Of a stretch of DNA of 64,000 bases, positions 25,100 through 38,104 are shown in pieces. The stretch is from the NCBI GenBank assembly GCA_964016885.1, contig OZ024747.1, positions 58,714,001-58,778,000 on the forward strand, read 5' to 3'. The stretch comes from Eledone cirrhosa. Its lineage: Eukaryota. Made by a program: the position numbers and the translations under genes. Position 1 is the stretch's first letter; each line of letters starts with the position of its first letter. Below the pieces are notes generated by a model that worked only from the letters and a program-made list of their open reading frames with translations, did not search any database and was not told the DNA's origin.

Positions 25100-26920
25100 T
25101 GGGCAGTAGTGGTTCCTGGTGCTGCTGTTGCTGCTGGTGGTGGCGACGGTGTACAGGGATGGTTAAGGTGCTGAGTGTGCAGTGGTGGTTCCTGGTGCTG
25201 CTGTTGCTGCTGATGGTGGCGACGGTGGCAGGGATGGTTAAGGTGCTGAGTGTGCAGTGGTGGTTCTTGGTGCTGCTGTTGCTGCTGATGGTGGCGACGG
25301 TGACAGGGATGGTTAAGGTGCTGAGTGTGCAGTGGTGGTTCTTGGTGCTGCTGTTGCTGCTGATGGTGGCGACGGTGACAGGGATGGTTAAGGTGCTGAG
25401 TGTGCAGTGGTGGTTCTTGGTGCTGCTGTTGCTGCTGATGGTGGCGACGGTGGCAGGGATGGTTAAGGTGCTGAGTGTGCAGTGGTGGTTCTTGGTGCTG
25501 CTGTTGCTGCTGATGGTGGCGACGGTGGCAGGGATGGTTAAGGTGCTGAGTGTGCAGTGGTGGTTCCTGGTGCTGCTGTTGCTGCTGATGGTGGCGACGG
25601 TGACAGGGATGGTTAAGATGCTGAGTGTGCAGTGGTGGTTCTTGGTGCTGCTGTTGCTGCTGATGGTGGCGACGGTGGCAGGGATGGTTAAGGTGCTGAG
25701 TATGCAGTGGTTGTTCCTGGTGCTGCTGTTGCTGCTGATGGTGGCGACGGTGACAGGGATGGTTAAGGTGCTGAGTGTGCAGTGGTGGTTCCTGGTGCTG
25801 CTGTTGCTGCTGATGGTGGTGACGGTGTACAGGGATGGTTAAGGTGCTGAGTGTGCAGTGGTTGTTCCTGGTGCTGCTGTTGCTGCTGATGGTGGTGACG
25901 GTGTACAGGGATGGTTAAGATGCTGAGTGTGCAGTGGTGGTTCCTGGTGCTGCTGTTGCTGCTGATGGTGGTGACGGTGTACAGGGATGGTTAAGGTGCT
26001 GAGTGTGCAGTGGTGGTTCCTGGTGCTGCTGTTGCTGCTGATGGTGGTGACGGTGTACAGGGATGGTTAAGGTGCTGAGTGTGCAGTGGTGGTTCTTGGT
26101 GCTGCTGTTGCTGCTGATGGTGGCGACGGTGACAGGGATGGTTAAGATGCTGAGTGTGCAGTGGTGGTTCCTGGTGCTGCTGTTGCTGCTGATGGTGGTG
26201 ACGGTGTACAGGGATGGTTAAGGTGCTGAGTGTGCAGTGGTGGTTCCTGGTGCTGCTGTTGCTGCTGATGGTGGCGACGGTGACAGGGATGGTTAAGATG
26301 CTGAGTGTGCAGTGGTGGTTCCTGGTGCTGCTGTTGCTGCTGATGGTGGTGACGGTGTACAGGGATGGTTAAGGTGCTGAGTGTGCAGTGGTGGTTCCTG
26401 GTGCTGCTGTTGCTGCTGATGGTGGTGACGGTGTACAGGGATGGTTAAGGTGCTGAGTGTGCAGTGGTGGTTCCTGGTGCTGCTGTTGCTGCTGATGGTG
26501 GTGACGGTGTACAGGGATGGTTAAGGTGCTGAGTATGCAGTGGTTGTTCCTGGTGCTGCTGTTGCTGCTGATGGTGGCGACGGTGTACAGGGATGGTTAA
26601 GGTGCTGAGTGTGCAGTGGTGGTTCCTGGTGCTGCTGTTGCTGCTGACGGTGGCGACGGTGTACAGGGATGGTTAAGGTGCTGAGTGTGCAGTAGTGGTT
26701 CCTGGTGCTGCTGTTGCTGCTGATGGTGGCGACGGTGTACAGGGATGGTTAAGGTGCTGAGTGTGCAGTGGTGGTTCCTGGTGCTGCTGTTGCTGCTGAC
26801 GGTGGCGACGGTGTACAGGGATGGTTAAGGTGCTGAGTGTGCAGTAGTGGTTCCTGGTGCTGCTGTTGCTGCTGATGGTGGCGACGGTGTACAGGGATGG
26901 TTAAGATGCTGAGTATGCAG
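25100..26920. repeat. 60/61-bp minisatellite, about 30 units
   Basis: Unit GGGATGGTTAAGGTGCTGAGTGTGCAGTGGTGGTTCCTGGTGCTGCTGTTGCTGCTGATGGTGGCGACGGTG(T)ACA. Confidence 0.95.
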
Positions 26921-27133
26921 TTATGCGGTGGTTATCATGTTGCTGTTGTTGTTACTGGTGGAAGTATGCTGCCTCTGCTGTGGATGTGGTGTGCTGCTGT
27001 TGATACTGTTGATGTGGTGTGCTGCTGCTGCCGATACTGTTGCTGTTGTTGGTGGTGTCGTGGTGGCGGTGGTGAGAGTGATGGTTAAAATGCTGTGTGT
27101 GCAATTATGTGGTGGCAATGGTATTGCCGTGCC

Positions 27134-27183
<50 letters not shown>

Positions 27184-27585
27184 AACATGGTGGTGGTAGT
27201 GACAGCGAGAGTTAGATATTGAGAGTCTGTAGTGATGTTTGTGGGGATGTTGCTAATACCGCTGTTGCTGGGGGAGACGTTGGGTTGCAGGAGGGGAAGA
27301 TGGTCTTACTCTTCCTACTGATGCAGTTGATGATGGTGTGTCTGTGTGATGATGATGATTGATTTTAGACTAATGCTAGCACAGTAAGCGGTTATTATAG
27401 TGCGGGTTTGTTAGAAAGAGAGAGGAGGGGAAGAGAGAGTGTCTGCCATGCTGAGACGGAGGCGACCACTAATCATGGCAATACTCAACGGACAGGGAGA
27501 GATAGATGCAGAGTAGGTATAGAGATAATTAAAATGCCGACTGCGATACCAGCTGGTTTCGGGGTTGAACTTATCTTTCTCTGCC

Positions 27586-27672
<87 letters not shown>

Positions 27673-27707
27673 ATATATATATATATTTATATATATATAT
27701 ATATATA

Positions 27708-27885
27708 GAAGAGCTTCTACAGGATTAGAACTGTTTCATTCGTGAGAAATCATCAGCCTGATGATTTCTCACGAATGAAACAGTTCTAGTTCTGTAGAAG
27801 CAATTTCTATATTAAACTTTATACTCTGCTATGTATTGAGTACCTTATTTACTGTGGTTACCTCCGATTCAACGCGGAATAACTT
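27708..27885 (+). mobile_element. Fold-back PLE-tail cassette (family D) with partial hammerhead
   Basis: Palindrome 27713-27801 centred at 27757. CTGATGA-TTTC-TCAC-GAAT-GAAAC on both arms, then a tail with TTGAGTACC. (TA)n flanks. Confidence 0.65.
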
Positions 27886-28183
27886 ATATATATATGTGTG
27901 CTGTATGTGATGTATATCGTATGCTATACGATATGCATTATATATTGCATTCGGTCTCCGTGCAATGGTCCAGGTCAGTCTCAAAATCTTTTCCTGAGTC
28001 CAACCATTTTCGTTGCTATGGCAATGCGGCTGGACTGCCGATCGTTATATTTGATTTGCAAAGCTGTCTAAACGTATTGTTATGACTCTGGGGTATCATT
28101 CTCTATCGAGTGCTAAAGCTACATACCGAATTTGCAGTCGTTAGCTTAGCCGCTGCCTAAAGCTTCGTTAATGCTGTACTAAA

Positions 28184-28240
<57 letters not shown>

Positions 28241-28245
<5 letters not shown>

Positions 28246-28520
28246 ATACTTTGGTAGGGTCATGCTACGAATAATGACACGCACCTGTTGGTTTTCACTT
28301 CAATTTATTATAAATTTCCGGTTGGCTTGTTGGGTGCTTGGTTTGATAACCGTTTGGTTGTTTGTATATTGTCAAAGCTCTTTCGTCACACATTTATTTT
28401 TTGTCTCTCCTTTGTTCTGTTCCAAACCATCTTGTTTTTATTAACCCTCCCAAAATATAACAATATCTGTTTCAACACACGTTTTCAGATAAGAAATCTT
28501 GCAAAACAAATTAAAAAACG
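28241..28520. mobile_element. Family-H cassette with inverted terminal segment
   Basis: TTGTTATACTTTGGTAGGGT / ACCCTCCCAAAATATAACAA inverted. Minus strand keeps only the 3' half of a hammerhead (TGTGAC-GAAA-GAGC-TT). Confidence 0.65.
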
Positions 28521-28560
28521 AAGTGTGTGTGGGTGCATACATATGTGTGTGGGTGCATAC

Positions 28561-28639
<79 letters not shown>

Positions 28640-30031
28640 CGTGTGCGTGTGTGCGCGCGCGCGCGTGTGTGTGTGTTTGCATACATATGTGTGTGTCTGT
28701 GTGTGTGCATACATATGTGTGTGTGTGTGTGTCTGCGAGTGTGTGAGTGTGTAGATACACATATTCACCCAGAGACCGATATTAACATTAGTTTGTGTAT
28801 TTGGAGAAGACATATCTGAGGCTTTCAATTTATTTCACTCGGTGGGAAATAAAGATGTCTACATTTCAGAGATTAATAACTTAAAAGTTGCAGGTATAGC
28901 TACATTCGCTATGTTGAGCATTGATTTATATCACACTTTCTGAACGCTGACAATGAATTTCGCATCAGCTAACGTATTAAATGCCCACATTGCAAACGAT
29001 TGCACTTTTACTGCATTTACCATTTCAACGGAGTTCTGATTCTATCTGAATATTTCTAATTTATCAATATCTCTGTTGATAGATTATAATTCTGAAAGAA
29101 ACAATGTGTATAACGATAGAAAATAGATAGCATAAATTTCATATCTTAAGGAAGGAATGGATGTGAGATATCTTCAACCAACTAGTGAAATTAGGTATTG
29201 GAATTTACTAGCCATGGGGAAGTATGCATTTCATACTACTAGACTCGTTCATCTGTTCTCTCTGAATTACTTTACCGTAATATTGAAGATAATAGAACAG
29301 CGCAATTTGAATAAGAAACAAGATTCAACCAGGACCTAGTGTCAGTAGTGTATTAGTGCATATTAAATGACAGACAACTTTGACCTCACCTATCTCATCA
29401 ACATCAGTAATAATACGACGCTTTCAATCTTTGAAACACTCCATTCAGTGTTCTTTAAAATTGCTTTTGTGAGAACTTTGTCTTCTAAAATGTTTCTTTT
29501 ATTCCTTGATCAGATAAGGACATATTTCACAATAGGATGTTGATCTTTTCTTCATCAATCAATAAAATAAGTTAAATTTACACTCATTGCTAATTACCAT
29601 AGTCAGCTGCTCCACTTTTACGATTCTTCCAGAGGATTTTCCGAGGCTAAATATGTCACGAAAAATAGTATTTACAATGGTATTAAGTATTCGGATAATT
29701 GGATGACAACTTATGCTGCTGGTGGATAATTCTTCAATTCTTCATGTTATTCATCTCTATGATTTCTAGCTATATCTCGGTTCAAAATCCCGACGAGGTC
29801 AAATTTGCCTTTCATCCTTCAGGGGTAATGGGGAGATCAATAAAATAAGTAACAGTCAGATTTGTATTAACCTTAATCTCTACTACAGTCCTCCCCATCA
29901 TTAGTGTGGCTTCTTGTACATATGTTAGGAAGCAATATGTTTATGAACTTTATTACAAGCGCCATATTATTGCTTGAGTTAAGTTTCTCACTAATGAAGC
30001 AGGTAAAATCGTTTCTGTATTCTCTTTCACA

Positions 30032-30083
<52 letters not shown>

Positions 30084-30086
30084 GTA

Positions 30087-30119
<33 letters not shown>

Positions 30120-30287
30120 GTATGTGTGTGTGTGTGTGTGTGTATCTGTGTGTGTGTGTGTGTATATGTGTGTGTATGCGCGCGCGTAGTGTGTGTCGGT
30201 ATCATGAAGGCGACGGCAAACAATATATATTACACATAGATTAGAACAACTTTGAATGCATGTTTGTAGTGATGTATGTTATATGTG

Positions 30288-30384
<97 letters not shown>

Positions 30385-30771
30385 AGATGAAACAGAGCGA
30401 AATAGAGCGAGTGAGACAGAGAAAGAGATAGTAAGATAGAGAATGTGAGGGATAATGAAAGATAACATGATAGCATATGAGTAACCAGGAATAAGAAGCA
30501 ACAAAACGAAGACAGCGCCAGCAAGAAAGAGGGAGAGAGAGAGACAGACAGACAAAAAGTCAGACAGAATGATAGAGAGAGAGACAGATAAAACAATAGA
30601 CAGAGAAAACGTCTAAAACTGAGTTAAAATGATGTGAAGGACAGTGTAAGTCGATGAAATGTCTAAATGAATCTGTGTTAGTGATTGGTCTACTGTTGGT
30701 TTGTATGTGTGTGCGTGTCCGTGTGCAAGTGTGTGTGTGTAAATGTATGTATGTAATTGTATATATATATA

Positions 30772-31372
30772 TGGCAAATAACTGACGAAGGACTATTTTT
30801 ATCATATGTAACCCATGTGCAACCACGCAGTATTCTTCTTTCTTCTGATGTTTTTTATATATATTTACCTCGGCTGCGTTTGTCTGTTTCTCTCTTACTG
30901 ATTCCCCGTTCTCTCTGTTGCTCTCACCTTCTTTCGTCCCCTCTGTCAGTTACACTTTCTCTCGACTGACCTCTTCCTCGCACTTCCACTCACTCACTCT
31001 CTGTTTCTCCCCTTCTCACTTCCTCCCGTTTGGCTTGTAGTGGGTTCTCTTCTTGCTCACATCTCACTCACGTCGGACAGTCTCTATCACGATCGCTCAT
31101 GAAATCGACCCAGCTTATGCAGACCGGGTAACCAAGTTGCTTGTTTATTCCTATCTTCGCGTTGCTTTCATCCTTCTATGTTGTTTACTTGTCTCACTCG
31201 CTTTACGCGATTTACTTGTCCCAATAGCTTTATTTAGCTACTGCTCGCACCAACCTGAGCTATATGATTTTAATGCGATGAAATATCAATGATGGTTGGC
31301 AAATCACTGACGAAGGGCAATTTTTATCATATGTAACCCATGTGCAACCACGCAGTATTCTTCTTTCTTCTC

Positions 31373-31379
<7 letters not shown>
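30772..31379 (+). mobile_element. Family-I cassette, copy 2, with ~85-bp direct terminal repeats
   Basis: GGCAAAT(A/C)ACTGACGAAGG...ATGTAACCCATGTGCAACCACGCAGTATTCTTC at 30773 and 31298. Homologous to 20963-21613. Confidence 0.75.
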
Positions 31380-31435
<56 letters not shown>

Positions 31436-31655
31436 CACCTTGATCACCTTGACCGACCAGTCTGTCCCGCGCCGTTCGGCTTCGCTGGTCACAGCACGAT
31501 GACACCATCCCACTGGCTGGGCAGAAGAATCATTTGGTCGGTTCCTATCTCGGCTTCATGGCGTGAAGCGAATGAGAGCACAAGACTGCCCCGCTAATCC
31601 ATCGTAGGGTTAATCCTCCAGCTATAGCTGGTACTCATTTTCAGCTGAGTAAATT
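31436..31655 (-). mobile_element. Probable SINE fragment of another family
   Basis: GC-richer island. Minus strand starts ACTCAGCTGAAAATGAGTACCAG, a SINE central-domain-like motif. Confidence 0.45.
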
Positions 31656-31679
31656 GCTAAAACAATCTCTATACCTCTC

Positions 31680-31772
<93 letters not shown>

Positions 31773-31824
31773 TAAATATATATATATATTAATAAATATA
31801 TATATATATATATATACATATATA

Positions 31825-31874
<50 letters not shown>

Positions 31875-31876
31875 TA

Positions 31877-31954
<78 letters not shown>

Positions 31955-32247
31955 CATATGAAGATGTTTATAGCTATATGTGTTCCAACGAAGATGTAAA
32001 CCTCACCAGTTACATCAGTACATGAAACCGAATCTTTATATGTGTACTCGTATACATATGTATATATATATATGTGCACGGGAAGTATACGTTTCTGCGA
32101 GCCATTTATCAAAGTAACATTTCTTGGTTTCATCTTACTTTTAACTGATGAAAGTCCAATGAAATTCTCTGCAGCTCTCTGACCAGGATTTCAATGCTAG
32201 AACGTTTTCAAGTATTGCGCTCATATAACACACACACACACACACAT

Positions 32248-32305
<58 letters not shown>

Positions 32306-32644
32306 ATGTGTGTGTGTATACATATACTTATATATACTCTAAACATATGTTTATCTCACGAGATACTGTAAATGTATTGAGTTATAAGCAAACACACTCA
32401 ATACATTCAGTTACACCATTATATAAGAATCAGTCATCACACTCAAAGCTCTACACAGTTAAATCAAACCAGTAAAGTTGTTACATAGTTATTAGAGTGT
32501 TCAGCTCACGATCGTAATGCCATGAGTTCGATTCCCGGCGACGCGTTGTGGCCTTAATACATGACACTTTATTTCATGTTTTTTTCAATTCGTTCAGCAG
32601 GCAAAAATTGTTTGTACCTGTAATTCAAATGTCTGCCTTATAAT

Positions 32645-32860
32645 GCTTTCTGCTTTAGGCACAAGGCCAGCAATTTGGGGGGAGGAGAAAGTTGATTAAA
32701 TCGACCTCAGTGAGTTACGGGTATTCCATTTTATCCAGACTCGTAAGGATGAAAGGCAAAGCTAACCTCGGTAAGATTTGAAGTCAGAATCTAAAGGGAC
32801 ATAACTCTAAGCCACGAATCAGGATGTCTGACTCTCTACTGATACTGCCAATCCACCATC
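32645..32860 (-). mobile_element. SINE (MetaSINE-type), next to a degenerate + strand second-family SINE at ~32490-32640
   Basis: GGCACAAGGCCAGCAA...GGATGAAAGGCAAAGCTAACCTCGG...ACTGCCAATCCACC. Confidence 0.75.
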
Positions 32861-33248
32861 TTATAATACGCCTATGTCTGCTTTATAATATACAGTGTCA
32901 AGTTGAATGTCTATGGAATGCTCAGTCACTGGCACGTAAATTTCACGATCAGGTTACTCTGTTGAATGAATCCACTAGAGCACACGTAGTTGGAATCGAT
33001 GTTGTGCCCAAAAGACTATCAAGCTGATTCAGTACATTACCAGCTAGACAATTATATGAAAGTTACTTAATACACACAATACATTTCACAGTTCTATCAA
33101 CATGATTCACTAAACTACCAACTCTACAGTTATGACTAAAACGAGCAAGGAATGGCTGACTCGTTTCGGTAGACATTTAATTCATAATCAATAGCAGTTT
33201 GTCAGAACGTAGCAGCATTGCAGGATGTTGCAGCAGCCATTGTGTGTG

Positions 33249-33293
<45 letters not shown>

Positions 33294-33324
33294 GGGTAGA
33301 TACATAACCTGATGTGTGTGTTTA

Positions 33325-33393
<69 letters not shown>

Positions 33394-33457
33394 TATTTCT
33401 TAGTGGCTGAAACGAAAACTGGAGTGGCAGCAGCAGTTAACATTTTCCTTGCGATTT

Positions 33458-33520
<63 letters not shown>

Positions 33521-33549
33521 ATATATGTATGTATGTATAGCTGGAAGTG

Positions 33550-33598
<49 letters not shown>

Positions 33599-33847
33599 TA
33601 TATATATGTATGTATTTGTATATGAACGTGATTATCCTGTGTGTGCTTTGCATGTTGGCAAGCAACGTAAAGAGAAGGAAGGGAGAAAATCAATGGCGCT
33701 AGATCTACATATGTATGGGCATAATTAATCATACAGAAATATATATCTTGGTCTTTGAATATGTTTAACGCAGAGACTACTTCACGATTATCGACTAACT
33801 GCACGAAAGTTGCGGCTATACGTAGATTCGTGTATTTCACTGAGTTC

Positions 33848-33940
<93 letters not shown>

Positions 33941-33961
33941 TATATATAAATATATATATAA

Positions 33962-34078
<117 letters not shown>

Positions 34079-34258
34079 ATTTATATATATATATAAGAAT
34101 TAAAATACTAGAGTGCGTTGGAGTAAAACAGACTCGTCGTGTTATAGAAATGACAGTATAGGATATAGCTCAATGTAATACAACAGAGCCGAAAAATTAT
34201 AAAAATAGACAAAGAAGCCTTCAATACATATATATATAAATATATATATAAATATATC

Positions 34259-34358
<100 letters not shown>

Positions 34359-34399
34359 TATATATAAATATATATATATATAAATATATATATATATAA

Positions 34400-34434
<35 letters not shown>

Positions 34435-34437
34435 AAT

Positions 34438-34494
<57 letters not shown>

Positions 34495-34501
34495 TATAAA
34501 T

Positions 34502-34624
<123 letters not shown>

Positions 34625-34720
34625 CTCTAAGAGAGCATTGAGTTTCTTGAAGTTATTCTTCATGATTTCATCCCATGTCTTCCTTGGTCTCTCTCTTGGA
34701 ATTTCAAATTTGCCGGTCAT
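34625..34720 (-). mobile_element. RTE/L2-type LINE 3' ORF remnant
   Basis: [21 protein letters not shown] resembles the GRPRKTW motif at the end of RTE-clade ORFs. Confidence 0.5.
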
Positions 34721-35111
34721 TCGATGCGGGAAGGAGCAACTTAACGGACATGATTTTTAACCGTGGTAAGAAATGTTTTTCTTATATCAAGGTTTAATGG
34801 GCATCCACTGATGATTTATAATCGCCCACCTAAATATATTCTTACATGAATGTATATTAGGCTTCTACATAAACTGGAAATATTCTCCGAATTTGTAGAA
34901 AACTTATAATGAAACAATTGTTTGGAAAGAGAGATATATTTTAACTTTATTTATATCTCATAAAATAATAAAACTGGCTTTTCCACATAATACATATTGT
35001 TAGCACCCCAAACACTTAAATTGGGTTTATATTAAAATATAACCTAATGTTCGTTGAGTGAGATGGTTACCAGTCAGAGATTATCTTTAAACTATCTCTG
35101 TTATTGTATTA

Positions 35112-35189
<78 letters not shown>

Positions 35190-35193
<4 letters not shown>

Positions 35194-36072
35194 AAGATGA
35201 ATATAAAATGAAAGTGCTTTTTTTAAAAAGGAATTTATTAGGTATTGACATATGTTTCTGTAACAGACGGAATACCTATGTATTGCTGCTTGCGTAATCA
35301 TATAATGTTAGCAAGTATTCGATAGCAAATGTATAATCAGTTGTCACTTCTTCAGAGATTTTGGATAAAATGGATAAAATCAGAAAAATTAAAGTATTTA
35401 TATTAGTAATAGCGATCGTTATACTGTAACCATCGCTTAAAATCTACATTTTCATATTATAAATACTACCAGGATTGAACGCCTGTCTCCATCTCCGTTT
35501 GATTGTCAAAATACATATTAACATTCTCTATTAGTCTTAATTCTATCAACTCTTCTATTATTTACCATTTAATATAAACTGCTATAGATAAAATGAGATT
35601 TCTGATTTCTTAATTCAATTCCCTAATGCATATACCAGCTGGCTACTAGCATTGAAGTTATTCAGTAGCAATCGAAATCTCCCCCTTCCCCAATTGACAC
35701 TTTATAATTAATACTACTAAACCAAATGACCAGCCCTGCCCACTGTCCAATTGGTCAAGTATAGATTAAAATAGGCACTCCCAAAAATTCTTAGTTAGAT
35801 AAAATAAACCATTTACTCATTGTATTCTCATTAGAAACCCTTTATATACTTGTTTAGCAGTAAATTGAATTACCATCTGTCATATACTATCCCCTCTCTT
35901 CTTCCTCTATTACTAATATAAATACTTCAATTTTTCTGATTTTATCCAATTTATCCAAAATCTCTGAAGAAGTGACAACTGATTATACATTTGCTATCGA
36001 ATACTTGCTAACATTATATGATTACGCAAGCAGCGATACATAGGTTTCCGTCTGTTACAGAAACATATGTCA
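35190..36072 (+). mobile_element. Family-B PLE 3' fragment with inverted terminal repeat
   Basis: 35409-36072 matches ~9070-9692 plus the 10090-10205 cassette. 35190-35408 is the inverted terminal copy. Confidence 0.85.
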
Positions 36073-36295
36073 TACATATATGTATACAGACGTACAGTAG
36101 CATGCATACTTACATTTAAGTAAGTGCCATACTAAGAGTGAGAAATGAAATTTCGTTTTCATTTTGTTTCAATTTATCGTTTTCGGTATGCCTGACCGAT
36201 TTAACTCACTCAATATGCAAATTAGGCTGCTCAGCCGTTAATTTTCATAAGGAAAGTATATACTTTCGAACGTTCAACTATCTGGCAGATGGGTA

Positions 36296-36340
36296 AACGG
36301 TGCTGATGATAGCTAACAAGCTTGAAACTAGTACATCGTT
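36296..36340 (+). ncRNA. Type I minimal hammerhead ribozyme (family E, copy 1)
   Basis: AACGGTG-CTGATGA-T-AGCT-AACA-AGCT-T-GAAAC-TA-GTA-CATCGTT. Confidence 0.85.
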
Positions 36341-36771
36341 CCTGTGTCAGTGTTGAACAAAAAGGTGACGTGGTTGCCTTAACACCGTATGGCATAAATT
36401 CAGGCTGTTCAGTTTGTTTACAAACGAACAAAGCGACGTTATAATAAGCGCCGCTAAACTGATACGTGCATATATGTATGTGTACCTGTATGCATATGTA
36501 TATATATATGTATATATATATATATATATATGTGCATGCTACTGTACGTCTGTATACATATATGTATGTACGTATACATGCAAACTTACATTTAAGTAAG
36601 TGCCATACTAAGAGTGAGAAATGAAATTTCGTTTTCATTTTGTTTCAATTTATCGTTTTCGGTATGCCTGACCGATTTAACTCACTCAATATGCAAATTA
36701 GGCTGCTCAGCCGTTAATTTTCATAAGGAAAGTATATACTTTCGAACGTTCAACTATCTGGCAGATGGGTA

Positions 36772-36816
36772 AACGGTGCTGATGATAGCTAACAAGCTTG
36801 AAACTAGTACATCGTT
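36772..36816 (+). ncRNA. Type I minimal hammerhead ribozyme (family E, copy 2)
   Basis: Identical to 36296-36340. Confidence 0.85.
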
Positions 36817-37058
36817 CCTGTGTCAGTGTTGAACAAAAAGGTGACGTGGTTGCCTTAACACCGTATGGCATAAATTCAGGCTGTTCAGTTTGTTTACAAA
36901 CGAACAAAGCGACGTTATAATAAGCGCCGCTAAACTGATACGTGCATATATGTATGTGTACCTGTATGCATATGTATATATATATGTATATATATATATA
37001 TATGTGCATGCTACTGTACGTCTGTATACATATATGTATGTACGTATACATGCATACT

Positions 37059-37162
<104 letters not shown>

Positions 37163-37298
37163 AATATATATATACATATAAATATATAAATATATATATA
37201 TAAATATATAAATATATATATATATATATATTGTTATACTTTATATATTTATAAATATATATATATATATATATAAATATATATATATATAAATAAAT

Positions 37299-37349
<51 letters not shown>

Positions 37350-37380
37350 AATATATATATATATAAATATATATAAATAT

Positions 37381-37581
<201 letters not shown>

Positions 37582-38104
37582 TATATATATATAAATATAT
37601 ATATAAATATAAATAAATATATATATATAAATATATATATATAAATATATATATTACACGGCTCAGAAATATTTTTTTCTTTGAGCTATTTCATTGTAAA
37701 GGAATGCTTGAGTTTTGAACTCAATACACTTAATATATATAAATATATATATATATATAATTATATATATATATATGTATATATAAATATATATATATAT
37801 AAATATATACATATATATATAAATGTATATTAGAAAGTGAGGTTTTTTTACAAAATGAATAATAACCGAGGTGTCCTACACGAGTGAAAGTATAAAAAAA
37901 AAGAGTCTTATTTTTTTTAAAATATATATATTTATTTGGTTCCTTTACCGGTTTCGCAGTTCTTGTGCTTTTCAAAAGTAGAGTTGAGATGGAGGGGCTT
38001 TGGTTTTTCGCACATAAATATATAAATATATATATATATAAATATATAAATATATATATATATAAATATATAAATATATAAATATATATATATATAAATA
38101 TATA

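Noticed and set aside
25099-26920. Membrane-protein-like ORF or CRISPR-like array
   Set aside because: Pure tandem repeat without unique spacers. The 61-bp units break the frame, and the context is eukaryotic.
32145-32205. CTGATGA-AAGTCC...GGATTT hammerhead candidate
   Set aside because: No GAAA after stem II and no stem I. At best a decayed copy.
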